Assembly (NCBI GenBank): GCA_900554485.1
Contig: USHO01000001.1
Coordinates: 1 to 40,128 of the forward strand
Reading direction: 5' to 3'
Length of the DNA: 40,128 nt
DNA from: an uncultured Eubacteriales bacterium
Lineage (GTDB): Bacteria; Bacillota; Clostridia; Christensenellales; Borkfalkiaceae
Made by a program: the position numbers and the translations under genes
Shown here: positions 8,438 through 17,084 of the stretch, one piece after another
Layout: each line of letters begins with the position of its first letter
Position numbering within the stretch: position 1 is the stretch's first letter
The notes under the pieces: generated by a model
The model's input: the letters and a program-made list of their open reading frames with translations, nothing else
What the model was told of the DNA's origin: nothing
Database searches by the model: none

Positions 8438-9661
8438 TTATGCGCGGGTATTTCTTTCCGTCCTACATTTTATTTCTGCTTTAATTTCGACTTGCTGTAA
8501 TATATCGTCTTTATATGTGTCATAGTCGAAGAAATGATATTTATACAATTCGTCTTTTAATCCGAACAAATCGCACCCCGATGTTTTAAGTTTTTCAAAC
8601 GTCTTTTCGTAAATGCCTTTTATTTTATCTTCTGCCTGTCTTAAAACATTCTCCGGTATAGTTTCGGTAGTAAACAGTTGACCGATGTCTTCGCTTTTAT
8701 CCAGATCTTCCACATGGCATTTAAGTGTCAGTTTCACGGTAAAAACCGGCTTATTTTCTATTTTCAGCGAAAAGTGCTTTTCAGCCTCTTCGAGTCCGAG
8801 CGTCATTGCAAATTTTTTACCGTCGATTTCCGCATCGTCCAGATCGAAATAAGTATCTTTCGTTCTATGTCGTTTCATATTGAAAAACAGAGATTCCTCT
8901 TCGTCTATAATTCCGACATTGACGCCTTTGTAAAAAAGTAAAGTCGACGTGCAGTCGAAAACCTTTTCGGTTTCGGACCCGCCATCTTCGCCCTGAGAAC
9001 CGATTGGCGGAGAGCCGGATCCCGATCCGCCGTTCCCTTCGCCGACACTGTTGCTTTCGTTGCTCTTGATTTCTTTTATCAGGGGCATATATCCGCTTTC
9101 AGATTTTGAAAAATAACCTTTTGTAAAATCTTTTACGTTCGTAAACGATATGCGGTTAAGTTTGGCAATATCTTTAACCAGTATTTTTTCCAATGCGAAC
9201 GCCGGGACTGAATCCAGCGGCGTTCTGACCGATAAAACGTCTTTTGCTTTGCCTTCGCATGCGACAAGCAAAGACGAATCCGGAATTTTATCGGTTCGGT
9301 TGAAGTAATCGACGAAAGTCATGACGTCACCTTTAAGCGCGTTACTGCCGATTGCTATCAGGTTGCAGAACGACAGCAGGGGATACCAGCCCGTCGTTAC
9401 GCCTATATCGTCAATAGCATCTGCAATCGTGCCACCTTTACCCGTAACCATTGCGTCGGAATTGTCTTTTGATGCGTCCGTTGCTTGCGGAACGGCTATC
9501 TGAGCGGTAACCTCGTATTCGTTTTCGTTCTTATCTATTCCTATGGCGATTACGATCGCGGTTTTTTCTATGTCTATCAATCCGAAATTATTAGTCAGAA
9601 ATAAAATAAGAGTAAATATTATCAGTATCGGTAGAAATTGAGATCTTAAAAACTTTTTCAT
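8438..9661 (-). CDS. Spore germination receptor subunit C (Ger(x)C family)
   Basis: N-terminal signal/anchor followed by DIEKTAIVIAIGIDK, typical of GerAC-type proteins. Last gene of an A-B-C operon. ATG 9661 overlaps the B-subunit stop (ATGA). The ORF-track start at 9727 lies inside the B gene. Confidence 0.8.
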   Translation of the reverse strand: MKKFLRSQFLPILIIFTLILFLTNNFGLIDIEKTAIVIAIGIDKNENEYEVTAQIAVPQATDASKDNSDAMVTGKGGTIADAIDDIGVTTGWYPLLSFCNLIAIGSNALKGDVMTFVDYFNRTDKIPDSSLLVACEGKAKDVLSVRTPLDSVPAFALEKILVKDIAKLNRISFTNVKDFTKGYFSKSESGYMPLIKEIKSNESNSVGEGNGGSGSGSPPIGSQGEDGGSETEKVFDCTSTLLFYKGVNVGIIDEEESLFFNMKRHRTKDTYFDLDDAEIDGKKFAMTLGLEEAEKHFSLKIENKPVFTVKLTLKCHVEDLDKSEDIGQLFTTETIPENVLRQAEDKIKGIYEKTFEKLKTSGCDLFGLKDELYKYHFFDYDTYKDDILQQVEIKAEIKCRTERNTRA

Positions 9662-10734
9662 TTTACTTGCCTTTTCGCGAATATCGTTATAAGCGGCAGA
9701 ACGTATGCGATTGCGAAATATCCCCATATCGCTTTCTTGCTCAGGAATCTGAATATTTCTATAAAATAATCATGCGCGACCAGCAGTGAGATAAGCGCGA
9801 TTCCGTTCACTATAAATACCGGTATCAGTTTGTTTCTAATTTCAAAAACCGTTTCCAGCGTATACGATGCGAAGACCAGCGGCGTTGCTATCGTAAACAC
9901 GCAAACAAAAGCGAATACAAAGCCCGCTATATAATCTATTCTGCCTACGCTTGAAAGCGCGACGTCGCTTTTACCCATCTGAATGGGGGAAAAATATTGT
10001 CTTTCGGTTATCGGGCCGAATTCGCCGTATAATATCATCATATATACAATCGTGACGATAGCCATCACGGCGTACGACAGCATTATTTTACGTTTATATG
10101 CTTTTTCTTTTTTGAAATTACCGATTAAAAACAGTATATAAACACCGTCGAAGTACCATACGAACGTATTTTTAGAGCCTTCCAGAATTTTTCCGAAAGG
10201 GACTCCGATCAGCGGCATTAAATTCGTCATATCGGTAAGCGGAACGGATAGGGCAAGCAGTACGACTATCCCGAACCCCGCCGCCCATACGGCTATATCC
10301 GAACACCGTGCTATCGACTTGATTCCTTTATAGCAAAAGAAACACGAAAAGAGGAAAAACGCAAGGAATGTCAGAACCGACGGCGCGGTTTCATACAGGG
10401 CGATTTCGATATAATTTTTTTGCTCCACGATAGGTATGAACGCCCTTACCATAAAGAATATGAAAAACAGAAAATAGACGATTTTAGCAAAGATTTTTCC
10501 GAAAGACGTTTCAAGAATTTCAAAGAAAGTCATTCCGTCGAATTTTTCGCTTAAAAACAGGGCGAATACGACAAATACTCCGTCGATTATGAAATTTATC
10601 AGCGCGGAAATCCATAACGCTTCGTCGGCATACTTCGCACCGAGCGCGGGCGCGACTATCATTTTCCCTATGGCGCATGACGATACTAACATGAAACATA
10701 TCTGGCGTACGCAAATATTATTTTCCTTTTGCAT
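9658..10734 (-). CDS. Spore germination receptor subunit B (GerAB family, APC-type permease fold)
   Basis: 358 aa with about 10 TM helices. N-terminus NNICVRQICFMLVSSCAIGKMIVAP resembles the GerAB/spore permease family. Sits between the A and C subunits. Confidence 0.82.
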   Translation of the reverse strand: MQKENNICVRQICFMLVSSCAIGKMIVAPALGAKYADEALWISALINFIIDGVFVVFALFLSEKFDGMTFFEILETSFGKIFAKIVYFLFFIFFMVRAFIPIVEQKNYIEIALYETAPSVLTFLAFFLFSCFFCYKGIKSIARCSDIAVWAAGFGIVVLLALSVPLTDMTNLMPLIGVPFGKILEGSKNTFVWYFDGVYILFLIGNFKKEKAYKRKIMLSYAVMAIVTIVYMMILYGEFGPITERQYFSPIQMGKSDVALSSVGRIDYIAGFVFAFVCVFTIATPLVFASYTLETVFEIRNKLIPVFIVNGIALISLLVAHDYFIEIFRFLSKKAIWGYFAIAYVLPLITIFAKRQVK

Positions 10735-12157
10735 TTTGTCTCCTCTTGTTCTTTGGCTTTAACGCCTCGGGGCGTAACGGCATAGACGTGGCGTCCGACA
10801 TATAAATGCCGTCCTGCAAATCGTTCAGAATAAGCGGCGAGTACGGCGCGGCGTAAGGTACGCCGTAGTTTTCCGTCGTACATAAATAACATACAAGAAA
10901 AGCCTCTATAAGTACGATTCCGTATCCTCCGACAGATCCCGCGACGATAAGCACGACGAATCTTAAGAGCGAAGTCGTTTCTGTAAGTTCCGGAACGGTA
11001 TAAATACTGATGCCTGACATTGCCATGATAAGCAGAGAGGGCGTAGACACAAGCCCCGCGTTTACGGCGGTTTCGCCGAGCACAAGAGCGCCTACGATTG
11101 CTAATGCCATACCGACGTATTTCGGCATTCGGATGCTTGTTTCGTTAAGTATCTCGAATATCAGCAGGATAAAGAACATTTCAAGGCTTGGCGACAGCGG
11201 TATGCCTTTGATGCTGTTTACTATCGTCAGCAGAAAATTCAACGGTATAAGTTGCAGGTGAAACAATTCCGCCGCGACGAAAAGTCCGGGGAGAAATACC
11301 GAAAAGAAAATCGCGAAAACTCTCAGTGTTCTTACCAGGTTTGCGCGGTAATGTGAAATATAATAATCCTCTGCGGTCTGAAAGTCTTCGATCAGCATAT
11401 ACGGCAGCGTCAGCGCAAACGGTGAACCGTCCACCAGTATTCCGACTCTTCCTTCCAGCATTCTTTCGATTAAAACGTCGGGGCGTTCCGTAGAACCTAT
11501 TTGCTTGAACAGGGAATTTTTACGTTCGTTAAGCATCTTTGTAAGGTATGAACTGTCGGGTATTCCGTCTATGTCTATACTTTGTAATTTCTTGCGTATT
11601 TTATCAGTGAGTTTATCGTCGGTGATGCCGTCGATCGACATAAGCGCGACAGCCGTCGAAGTGTACTTTCCGACCTGCAGCATTTCTATTTTCAACGATG
11701 GGGTTTTAAGGTATCGTCTTACTAAACTCAGGTTTGTTTTTATCGATTCGATAAACCCGTTTCTCGGTCCTCTTATCGCGAGTTCGGTCGGAGGTTCCGC
11801 TATCGCGCGCACGTCGAACTTTTTAAGATCTACCGTTATTCCGCCGATTTTTCCGTCGATAAGTATAAGTGTCGAACCCTGCAGAATTTCGTCTGCGGCT
11901 GCTTTGATTTCGTCGACCTGTTTAATGTTTGCGGAAGTTATTTTTTTTGCGATTGATTTCATTCCGCCCGAGATTTTCGATGATTTCAACGGTGACAAAA
12001 CTTCCAGCCCGAGCATTTCTCTGTCGGTTATCGAATCGACATACACGGCAAGCGCGTCTTTACTTCCGACGACAAAATCGAAAAATATAACGTCGTCCGA
12101 CGGCAACAATGCTTTCAGCACTTTTTTATTCTGCATAAGCGACTTGGAAATTTTCAT
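10718..12157 (-). CDS. Spore germination receptor subunit A (GerAA family)
   Basis: 479 aa. Soluble N-terminal half plus a C-terminal membrane region with the conserved block IRMPKYVGMALAIVGALVLGETAVNAGLVSTPSLLIMAMSGISIYTVPE. Overlaps the B gene by 17 nt. Confidence 0.88.
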   Translation of the reverse strand: MKISKSLMQNKKVLKALLPSDDVIFFDFVVGSKDALAVYVDSITDREMLGLEVLSPLKSSKISGGMKSIAKKITSANIKQVDEIKAAADEILQGSTLILIDGKIGGITVDLKKFDVRAIAEPPTELAIRGPRNGFIESIKTNLSLVRRYLKTPSLKIEMLQVGKYTSTAVALMSIDGITDDKLTDKIRKKLQSIDIDGIPDSSYLTKMLNERKNSLFKQIGSTERPDVLIERMLEGRVGILVDGSPFALTLPYMLIEDFQTAEDYYISHYRANLVRTLRVFAIFFSVFLPGLFVAAELFHLQLIPLNFLLTIVNSIKGIPLSPSLEMFFILLIFEILNETSIRMPKYVGMALAIVGALVLGETAVNAGLVSTPSLLIMAMSGISIYTVPELTETTSLLRFVVLIVAGSVGGYGIVLIEAFLVCYLCTTENYGVPYAAPYSPLILNDLQDGIYMSDATSMPLRPEALKPKNKRRQNAKGK

Positions 12158-12226
12158 ACGATAAGTATTCCGAAACGTAAAATTATTATGTAGATTTTAT
12201 ATAAAATTTCGCAAAAGGAAAAAACG

Positions 12227-12266
12227 CGTTATAAGTCTTGACTTATAACGGCGGTCGTCTTAAAAT
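12227..12266 (+). promoter_or_regulatory. Promoter with overlapping perfect palindrome upstream of the kinase-MFS pair
   Basis: CGTTATAAGT-CTTG-ACTTATAACG (12227-12250, perfect 10-bp arms) spans TTGACT (12238-12243). 17-nt spacer, then TAAAAT (12261-12266). SD AAAGGAG precedes ATG 12286. Confidence 0.5.
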
Positions 12267-12285
12267 TGTGCAAAAGGAGAATTTT

Positions 12286-13374
12286 ATGGATTTCAGAAAT
12301 TTATTGTCGAATTTTTCGATTAAAGGCGAATTTGTCGATTGCGAGCCCTACGGCAGCGGACTTATTAACAGAACCTATGTTGCCGTATATAACGAAAACG
12401 GTAAAAAAGTGAGATATATAGTTCAGCGTATAAACACCAATCTGTTCAAAAACGTCGACGGACTTATGAACAACATTAAACTCGTTACCGAATTCAATCG
12501 TGCCGAGATCGTCGCAAGAGGCGGAAATCCCGACAGGGAGAGTCTTACGCTTGTAATGACCAAAAGCGGAGATACTTATTATCGTACCGTGGAAGGCGAT
12601 TGCTATCGCGTTTACGTTTTCATAGAAGGTGCAAAGGGGTATGACGTAGTCGAGAAACCCGAGCATTTTTACGAGAGCGCGGTTGCATTCGGTAAGTTTG
12701 CCATGCTTTTGGACAGATTCGACAGCAGTAAACTTTTTGAGGTCCTGCCCGATTTCCACAACACCGTCAAGAGGTTTGCCAATTTCAAAAAGTCGCTTGC
12801 CGAAGATAAGTTCGACAGAGCGAAAGACGTAAAAAAAGAAATAGAATTCGCTCTTGCGCACGAAAAAATCACCCATACTATAGTCGATCTTCTCGGGTGC
12901 GGAAAAATGCCGCAGAGAGTGACCCATAACGACACTAAGTTAAACAACGTGCTTATAGATACCGAAACCGATAAGGCGGTTTGCGTAATCGATCTCGATA
13001 CGATGATGCCGGGCAGTATATGCTATGACTTCGGTGATTCTATCAGGTTCGGTTGTAATCCGTGTCTCGAAGATACACCCGAAACCGAAAAAGTGATATT
13101 CGATATGAATCTGTTTGAAACGTATACCAAAGGATATCTCAGCGTGTTCGGCGATACAATAACGGATATAGAAAGACAAAATTTACCTATGGGTGCTATA
13201 TTGATGACGTATGAGTGCGGCATAAGATTTTTGACCGATTATCTCGACGGTGACGTTTATTTCCGTAAGACGAGAGAAGGGCAGAATATAGACAGAACGC
13301 GTTCTCAGTTCAAACTCGTCGCGGATATGGAGAGCAGATACGACGAAATGCTTGCCATAGTAAATAAGTATTGA
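12286..13374 (+). CDS. APH-fold sugar kinase, N-acetylhexosamine 1-kinase (NahK)-like
   Basis: Catalytic loop VTHNDTKLNNVLID and metal-binding VIDLDT of the aminoglycoside-phosphotransferase/NahK-type fold. ATG 12286 has a good SD. The ORF-track TTG at 12238 sits inside the promoter palindrome. Confidence 0.65.
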   Translation: MDFRNLLSNFSIKGEFVDCEPYGSGLINRTYVAVYNENGKKVRYIVQRINTNLFKNVDGLMNNIKLVTEFNRAEIVARGGNPDRESLTLVMTKSGDTYYRTVEGDCYRVYVFIEGAKGYDVVEKPEHFYESAVAFGKFAMLLDRFDSSKLFEVLPDFHNTVKRFANFKKSLAEDKFDRAKDVKKEIEFALAHEKITHTIVDLLGCGKMPQRVTHNDTKLNNVLIDTETDKAVCVIDLDTMMPGSICYDFGDSIRFGCNPCLEDTPETEKVIFDMNLFETYTKGYLSVFGDTITDIERQNLPMGAILMTYECGIRFLTDYLDGDVYFRKTREGQNIDRTRSQFKLVADMESRYDEMLAIVNKY

Positions 13375-13423
13375 TAATATTTAAGGATTTTTCAGAGGTA
13401 TAAACGACCGACATTGATTTAGT

Positions 13424-14698
13424 ATGGCAGACAGAATAGAAAACAGAAAAAAAACGGTCGATAAACGGCAGATGCTTTTAGTCGCTCTTTGTTGGGCGAT
13501 ATATACGGCAAGTTATTTGGGCAAATATTGTTACAGCGCGAACATTTCGGTTATAAGATCGTATTTTGCGGTAGATAAAGCCGCCGCGGGACTTGTAGGA
13601 ACATGCTTTTTCTTCGCATACGGTGCGGGGCAGGTTATAAACGGAATATTCTGCAAGAAATATCACGTTTATTTCGTTGTGTTGGGAGCGTTGCTTGCGT
13701 CGGCATGTTGCAATGCCATAATGGCGTTTTGCGATAATTTTGCGATTTTCAAATATGTTTGGTTTATTAACGGAGCGACGCTGTCTGTCCTGTGGCCGAC
13801 ACTGATCAGATTGTTGTCCGAAAATCTGTCCGACGACTATTGTCCTAAAGCGGTGGTCGTTATGGGAACGTCGGTCGCAGTCGGTACATTCGTGACATAT
13901 GGTATATCAGCGCTGTTCAACGCCGTAATAAACAACTCGTCAAGTTATAAATATGCATTTTACGTTGCGATAGTCGCATTGCCGATGCTCGCGGTTCTCT
14001 GGGCGACGTCTTATAGAAAACTCGTCGTAAAAACCGATAAATCCGCTGCGGGAACATCTGCCGTCGGAATGCAGGATCTCGGCAACGAGAAAAAGAAGAC
14101 GAGCGGGGCGTTGCTTATGACGATAATCGTCCTTGCATTGTTTGCGGTGGTAACTAATCTGGTAAAAGACGGACTTACCACATGGATACCGCAAATTTTA
14201 TCGGATATATACGCAATGCCCGACTTTTTAAGTATACTTCTGACGTTGTTGTTACCCGTGTTGGCATTATTCGGAACGGCTCTCGCCGTGGCGATGAATA
14301 AAAAAATCAAAGATATAGTTAATCTGTGCGCTCTTGCGTTTGCCGTAATTACCGTGTTGATAGCGATAGTAATAGCGGCTGTAAATACCGGCGCGGCTAT
14401 AATGTTGATATGTTTGTCGCTTGTTTCGCTGATGACGTCGGCTGTCAACAATGCCGTTACCAGTATGTTTCCGCTTTACTATAAAGAGCAACTCAATTCG
14501 GGTCTGGTTGCAGGCGTTCTTAACGGTTTTTGCTATATAGGCAGTACTATCAGTTCGTATGGTCTGGGTGCTTTGGCAGACGGCGTCGGTTGGAATGCCG
14601 TATTCGAGCTTTTGGCATCGGCAAGCGCATTCTGCGTGGTTCTTGCCGCCATACGGATTTTGGTTGCGAATATAAAAAAGAAAAAGAATAAATTGTAA
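13424..14698 (+). CDS. MFS transporter (12-TM)
   Basis: 424 aa, hydrophobic throughout, central loop KTDKSAAGTSAVGMQDLGNEKKK. The N-terminal pattern resembles organophosphate/sugar MFS families. Substrate not inferable. Confidence 0.8.
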   Translation: MADRIENRKKTVDKRQMLLVALCWAIYTASYLGKYCYSANISVIRSYFAVDKAAAGLVGTCFFFAYGAGQVINGIFCKKYHVYFVVLGALLASACCNAIMAFCDNFAIFKYVWFINGATLSVLWPTLIRLLSENLSDDYCPKAVVVMGTSVAVGTFVTYGISALFNAVINNSSSYKYAFYVAIVALPMLAVLWATSYRKLVVKTDKSAAGTSAVGMQDLGNEKKKTSGALLMTIIVLALFAVVTNLVKDGLTTWIPQILSDIYAMPDFLSILLTLLLPVLALFGTALAVAMNKKIKDIVNLCALAFAVITVLIAIVIAAVNTGAAIMLICLSLVSLMTSAVNNAVTSMFPLYYKEQLNSGLVAGVLNGFCYIGSTISSYGLGALADGVGWNAVFELLASASAFCVVLAAIRILVANIKKKKNKL

Positions 14699-14723
14699 TA
14701 TAGTTGTTTGTATATGATACATG

Positions 14724-14757
14724 AGGTTTACGGTTTAATCCCGTAAGCCTTTTTTTT
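14724..14757 (+). terminator. Intrinsic terminator after MFS gene
   Basis: AGGTTTACGG (14724-14733) pairs with CCGTAAGCCT (14741-14750, one G-U), followed by 7 T. Confidence 0.75.
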
Positions 14758-14773
14758 CATCAGAAAAACACAT

Positions 14774-14831
14774 CGATAATTTATTATCGTCATAAAATTA
14801 TATATAATAATAGACATTCTAAAATTAGAAT
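14774..14831. promoter_or_regulatory. Two 7-2-7 palindromes upstream of marR (candidate MarR operators)
   Basis: CGATAAT-TT-ATTATCG (14774-14789) and ATTCTAA-AA-TTAGAAT (14816-14831). A TATAAT at 14803-14808 lies between them. AAGGAGG at 14838-14844. Confidence 0.4.
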
Positions 14832-14854
14832 ATTTTTAAGGAGGCAATACCGAT

Positions 14855-15322
14855 ATGAATTTTCAGCCGGCGAAAATGTTCGATAATGCAAATAAAACAG
14901 TTGAGGCGTATCATGCGGCGTTGCAACCGCTTTGTAAAGATACGGGAATTCCGCCGCTAGCCTTGGATATTTTGCTTTATCTGGCGAATAATCCGGAACG
15001 AGCAACGGCGAAAGACGCTTGTAAAATCCGGGGGTTCAAATCCGGGATCGTTTCCGTGCATATAGAGCGGCTTGTTGCCGGAGGATTGATCGAAAGGAGT
15101 CCTGCGCCTGAAGACAGACGACGAATATTGTTGAAAGTTACGCCCGCCGCTACGCCGATTATCGAAAAGGGCAGAATAATTCAGAAAGAGTTTTATGCGC
15201 GTACGCTTAAAGGTGTCGGCGAAGACGAAATTAAGGCGCTCCGCGCAACAATGTCTAAAATCGAACGCAACGTAGACGAGATAATTGCAGGTAAACGAAG
15301 AGAGGAAGAGGGCAATGTTTAA
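14855..15322 (+). CDS. MarR-family transcriptional regulator
   Basis: 155 aa. Winged-helix region LDILLYLANNPERATAKDACKIRGFKSGIVSVHIERLVAGGLIERSPAPEDRRRILLKVT. Confidence 0.82.
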   Translation: MNFQPAKMFDNANKTVEAYHAALQPLCKDTGIPPLALDILLYLANNPERATAKDACKIRGFKSGIVSVHIERLVAGGLIERSPAPEDRRRILLKVTPAATPIIEKGRIIQKEFYARTLKGVGEDEIKALRATMSKIERNVDEIIAGKRREEEGNV

Positions 15323-17069
15323 GTTGTTGAAAAGTATGCGACCGAAAGAGATTATAATGGCGATGATATGCGTTGTATTTGTCGTCGGGCAGGTTTATTT
15401 CGATTTACGACTGCCTGATTTTATGACCGAACTCACGACGTTGATAAAGACATCGGGCGCAACGGATGCGATAGTACACGTCGGGCTTAAGATGCTCGGG
15501 TGTACGCTTGTAAGCGCGATTCTGGCTATAATGTGCGGTTATCTTGCCGCACGGACGGCATCGGGTTTCAGTTTTACCGTGCGTGAGAAGATTTTCAGAC
15601 GCGTTATAGATCTCGATAAAGAGAAAATGCAGGATTTTTCCGTGCCGAGCCTTATAACCAGAACGACTAACGACGTTACTCAGATTCAGATGATCGTAGC
15701 TATGGGGTTACAGATGATGATTAAAGCCCCGATAATGGCTGTCTGGGCGGTAATAAAAATACTCGGTAAAAGTTGGGAATTGTCCGCTGTTACCGCGGCT
15801 TTCGTAATAGTTATCTGTGTGACCGTTTTCATGGTAATGTCGATATGTATACCTAGGTTTCGTAAAGTTCAGCAGGCCACCGATAAAATCAACCGTGTGG
15901 CGCGCGAAAATCTTACCGGCATAAATGTCGTGCACGCGTTCAACGCCGAAGATTATCAGAATGCCAAATTTGATAAACCGAGTAAGGAAATGTTCGATCT
16001 TCAGATGAAAAATCAGAAGATGTTCGCGCTTATAAATCCCGTGATGACACTCGGAATGAGCGGTCTTACGCTTGCGATATACTGGGTTGGCGCAGCGTTG
16101 TTAAACAATATTTCTGTTGCCGATACGGCGGCGAGGATGTCGTTTTTCAGCGAAATTCTTGCATTCAGCACTTATGCGACGTATATTGTTATGTCGTTTA
16201 TGATGCTGGTTATGATATTTATGATGTTTCCGCAGGCTCAGGTTTCTGCCGAGCGTATAAACGAAGTGTTATCGGCAGAGTCGTCGATAAAAGACGGTTC
16301 GGCGGGAATTTCCGACGAATCGGGGACCGTCGAGTTCAGAAACGTATCGTTCAGATATCCTGGTTCGGGTGAAGACGAACTTTCAAACGTCAGTTTCAAA
16401 GTAGACAAGGGCGAAACGCTTGCGATAATCGGTGCTACCGGGTCGGGTAAAACAACGCTCGTAAGTCTTATTCCGAGAACGTACGATGCAACCGGCGGCG
16501 AAGTGTTGGTTGACGGTCTGAACGTAAAGGATTATAAGTCGTCGGATCTTCTGAATAAAATCGGTTTCGCCACACAGAAAGCCGCGCTTTTTTCGGGTTC
16601 TGTCAAAGATAACGTATTTTTCGGCGAAAGCGCAACCGACTTTGACGATGCCGATTTAAGTGAGGCGATAGAAGTTTCGCAGTCGAAAGAGTTTGTCGAT
16701 AAATTACCCGGGGAATCTGACTATAAGATAGCGCAACTGGGCAGAAACGTGTCGGGCGGGCAGAAACAGAGACTTTCCATTGCCAGAGCATTGGCGAGAA
16801 AACCGGAAATACTCGTCTTCGACGATTCGTTTTCGGCTCTTGATTATCGTACGGACGCTAAATTACGCGGTGAACTGAATGAAAAATTCGGAGAGACCAC
16901 CAAGATAATAGTCGCTCAACGTGTCGGGACAATCAGACATGCGGATAAAATCCTTGTTCTGGATAAAGGCGAAGTCGTCGGTTACGGGACGCATGATGCG
17001 CTTATGAGTGATTGCGAAGTTTATCGTGAAATAGCCGAGTCGCAGTTAAGCGCGGCTGAACTTGCATAA
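15315..17069 (+). CDS. ABC exporter half-transporter (TMD-NBD), degenerate-NBD partner
   Basis: Six TM helices plus an NBD. Walker A GATGSGKTT, signature VSGGQ, Walker B ILVFDD followed by S (Asp replaces the catalytic Glu), H-loop AQR instead of AHR. ATG 15315 overlaps the marR end. Confidence 0.88.
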   Translation: MFKLLKSMRPKEIIMAMICVVFVVGQVYFDLRLPDFMTELTTLIKTSGATDAIVHVGLKMLGCTLVSAILAIMCGYLAARTASGFSFTVREKIFRRVIDLDKEKMQDFSVPSLITRTTNDVTQIQMIVAMGLQMMIKAPIMAVWAVIKILGKSWELSAVTAAFVIVICVTVFMVMSICIPRFRKVQQATDKINRVARENLTGINVVHAFNAEDYQNAKFDKPSKEMFDLQMKNQKMFALINPVMTLGMSGLTLAIYWVGAALLNNISVADTAARMSFFSEILAFSTYATYIVMSFMMLVMIFMMFPQAQVSAERINEVLSAESSIKDGSAGISDESGTVEFRNVSFRYPGSGEDELSNVSFKVDKGETLAIIGATGSGKTTLVSLIPRTYDATGGEVLVDGLNVKDYKSSDLLNKIGFATQKAALFSGSVKDNVFFGESATDFDDADLSEAIEVSQSKEFVDKLPGESDYKIAQLGRNVSGGQKQRLSIARALARKPEILVFDDSFSALDYRTDAKLRGELNEKFGETTKIIVAQRVGTIRHADKILVLDKGEVVGYGTHDALMSDCEVYREIAESQLSAAELA

Positions 17070-17084
17070 GGCGAGGTGATTTAT

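Noticed and set aside
12184-12213. Forespore (sigma-G/F-like) promoter upstream of the ger operon: CATAATA on the minus strand (12190-12184), with TGCGA 18 nt upstream
   Set aside because: The -10 resembles the CATxxTA consensus, but the -35 does not fit the G-H-A-T-R pattern. I cannot support the call from sequence alone.
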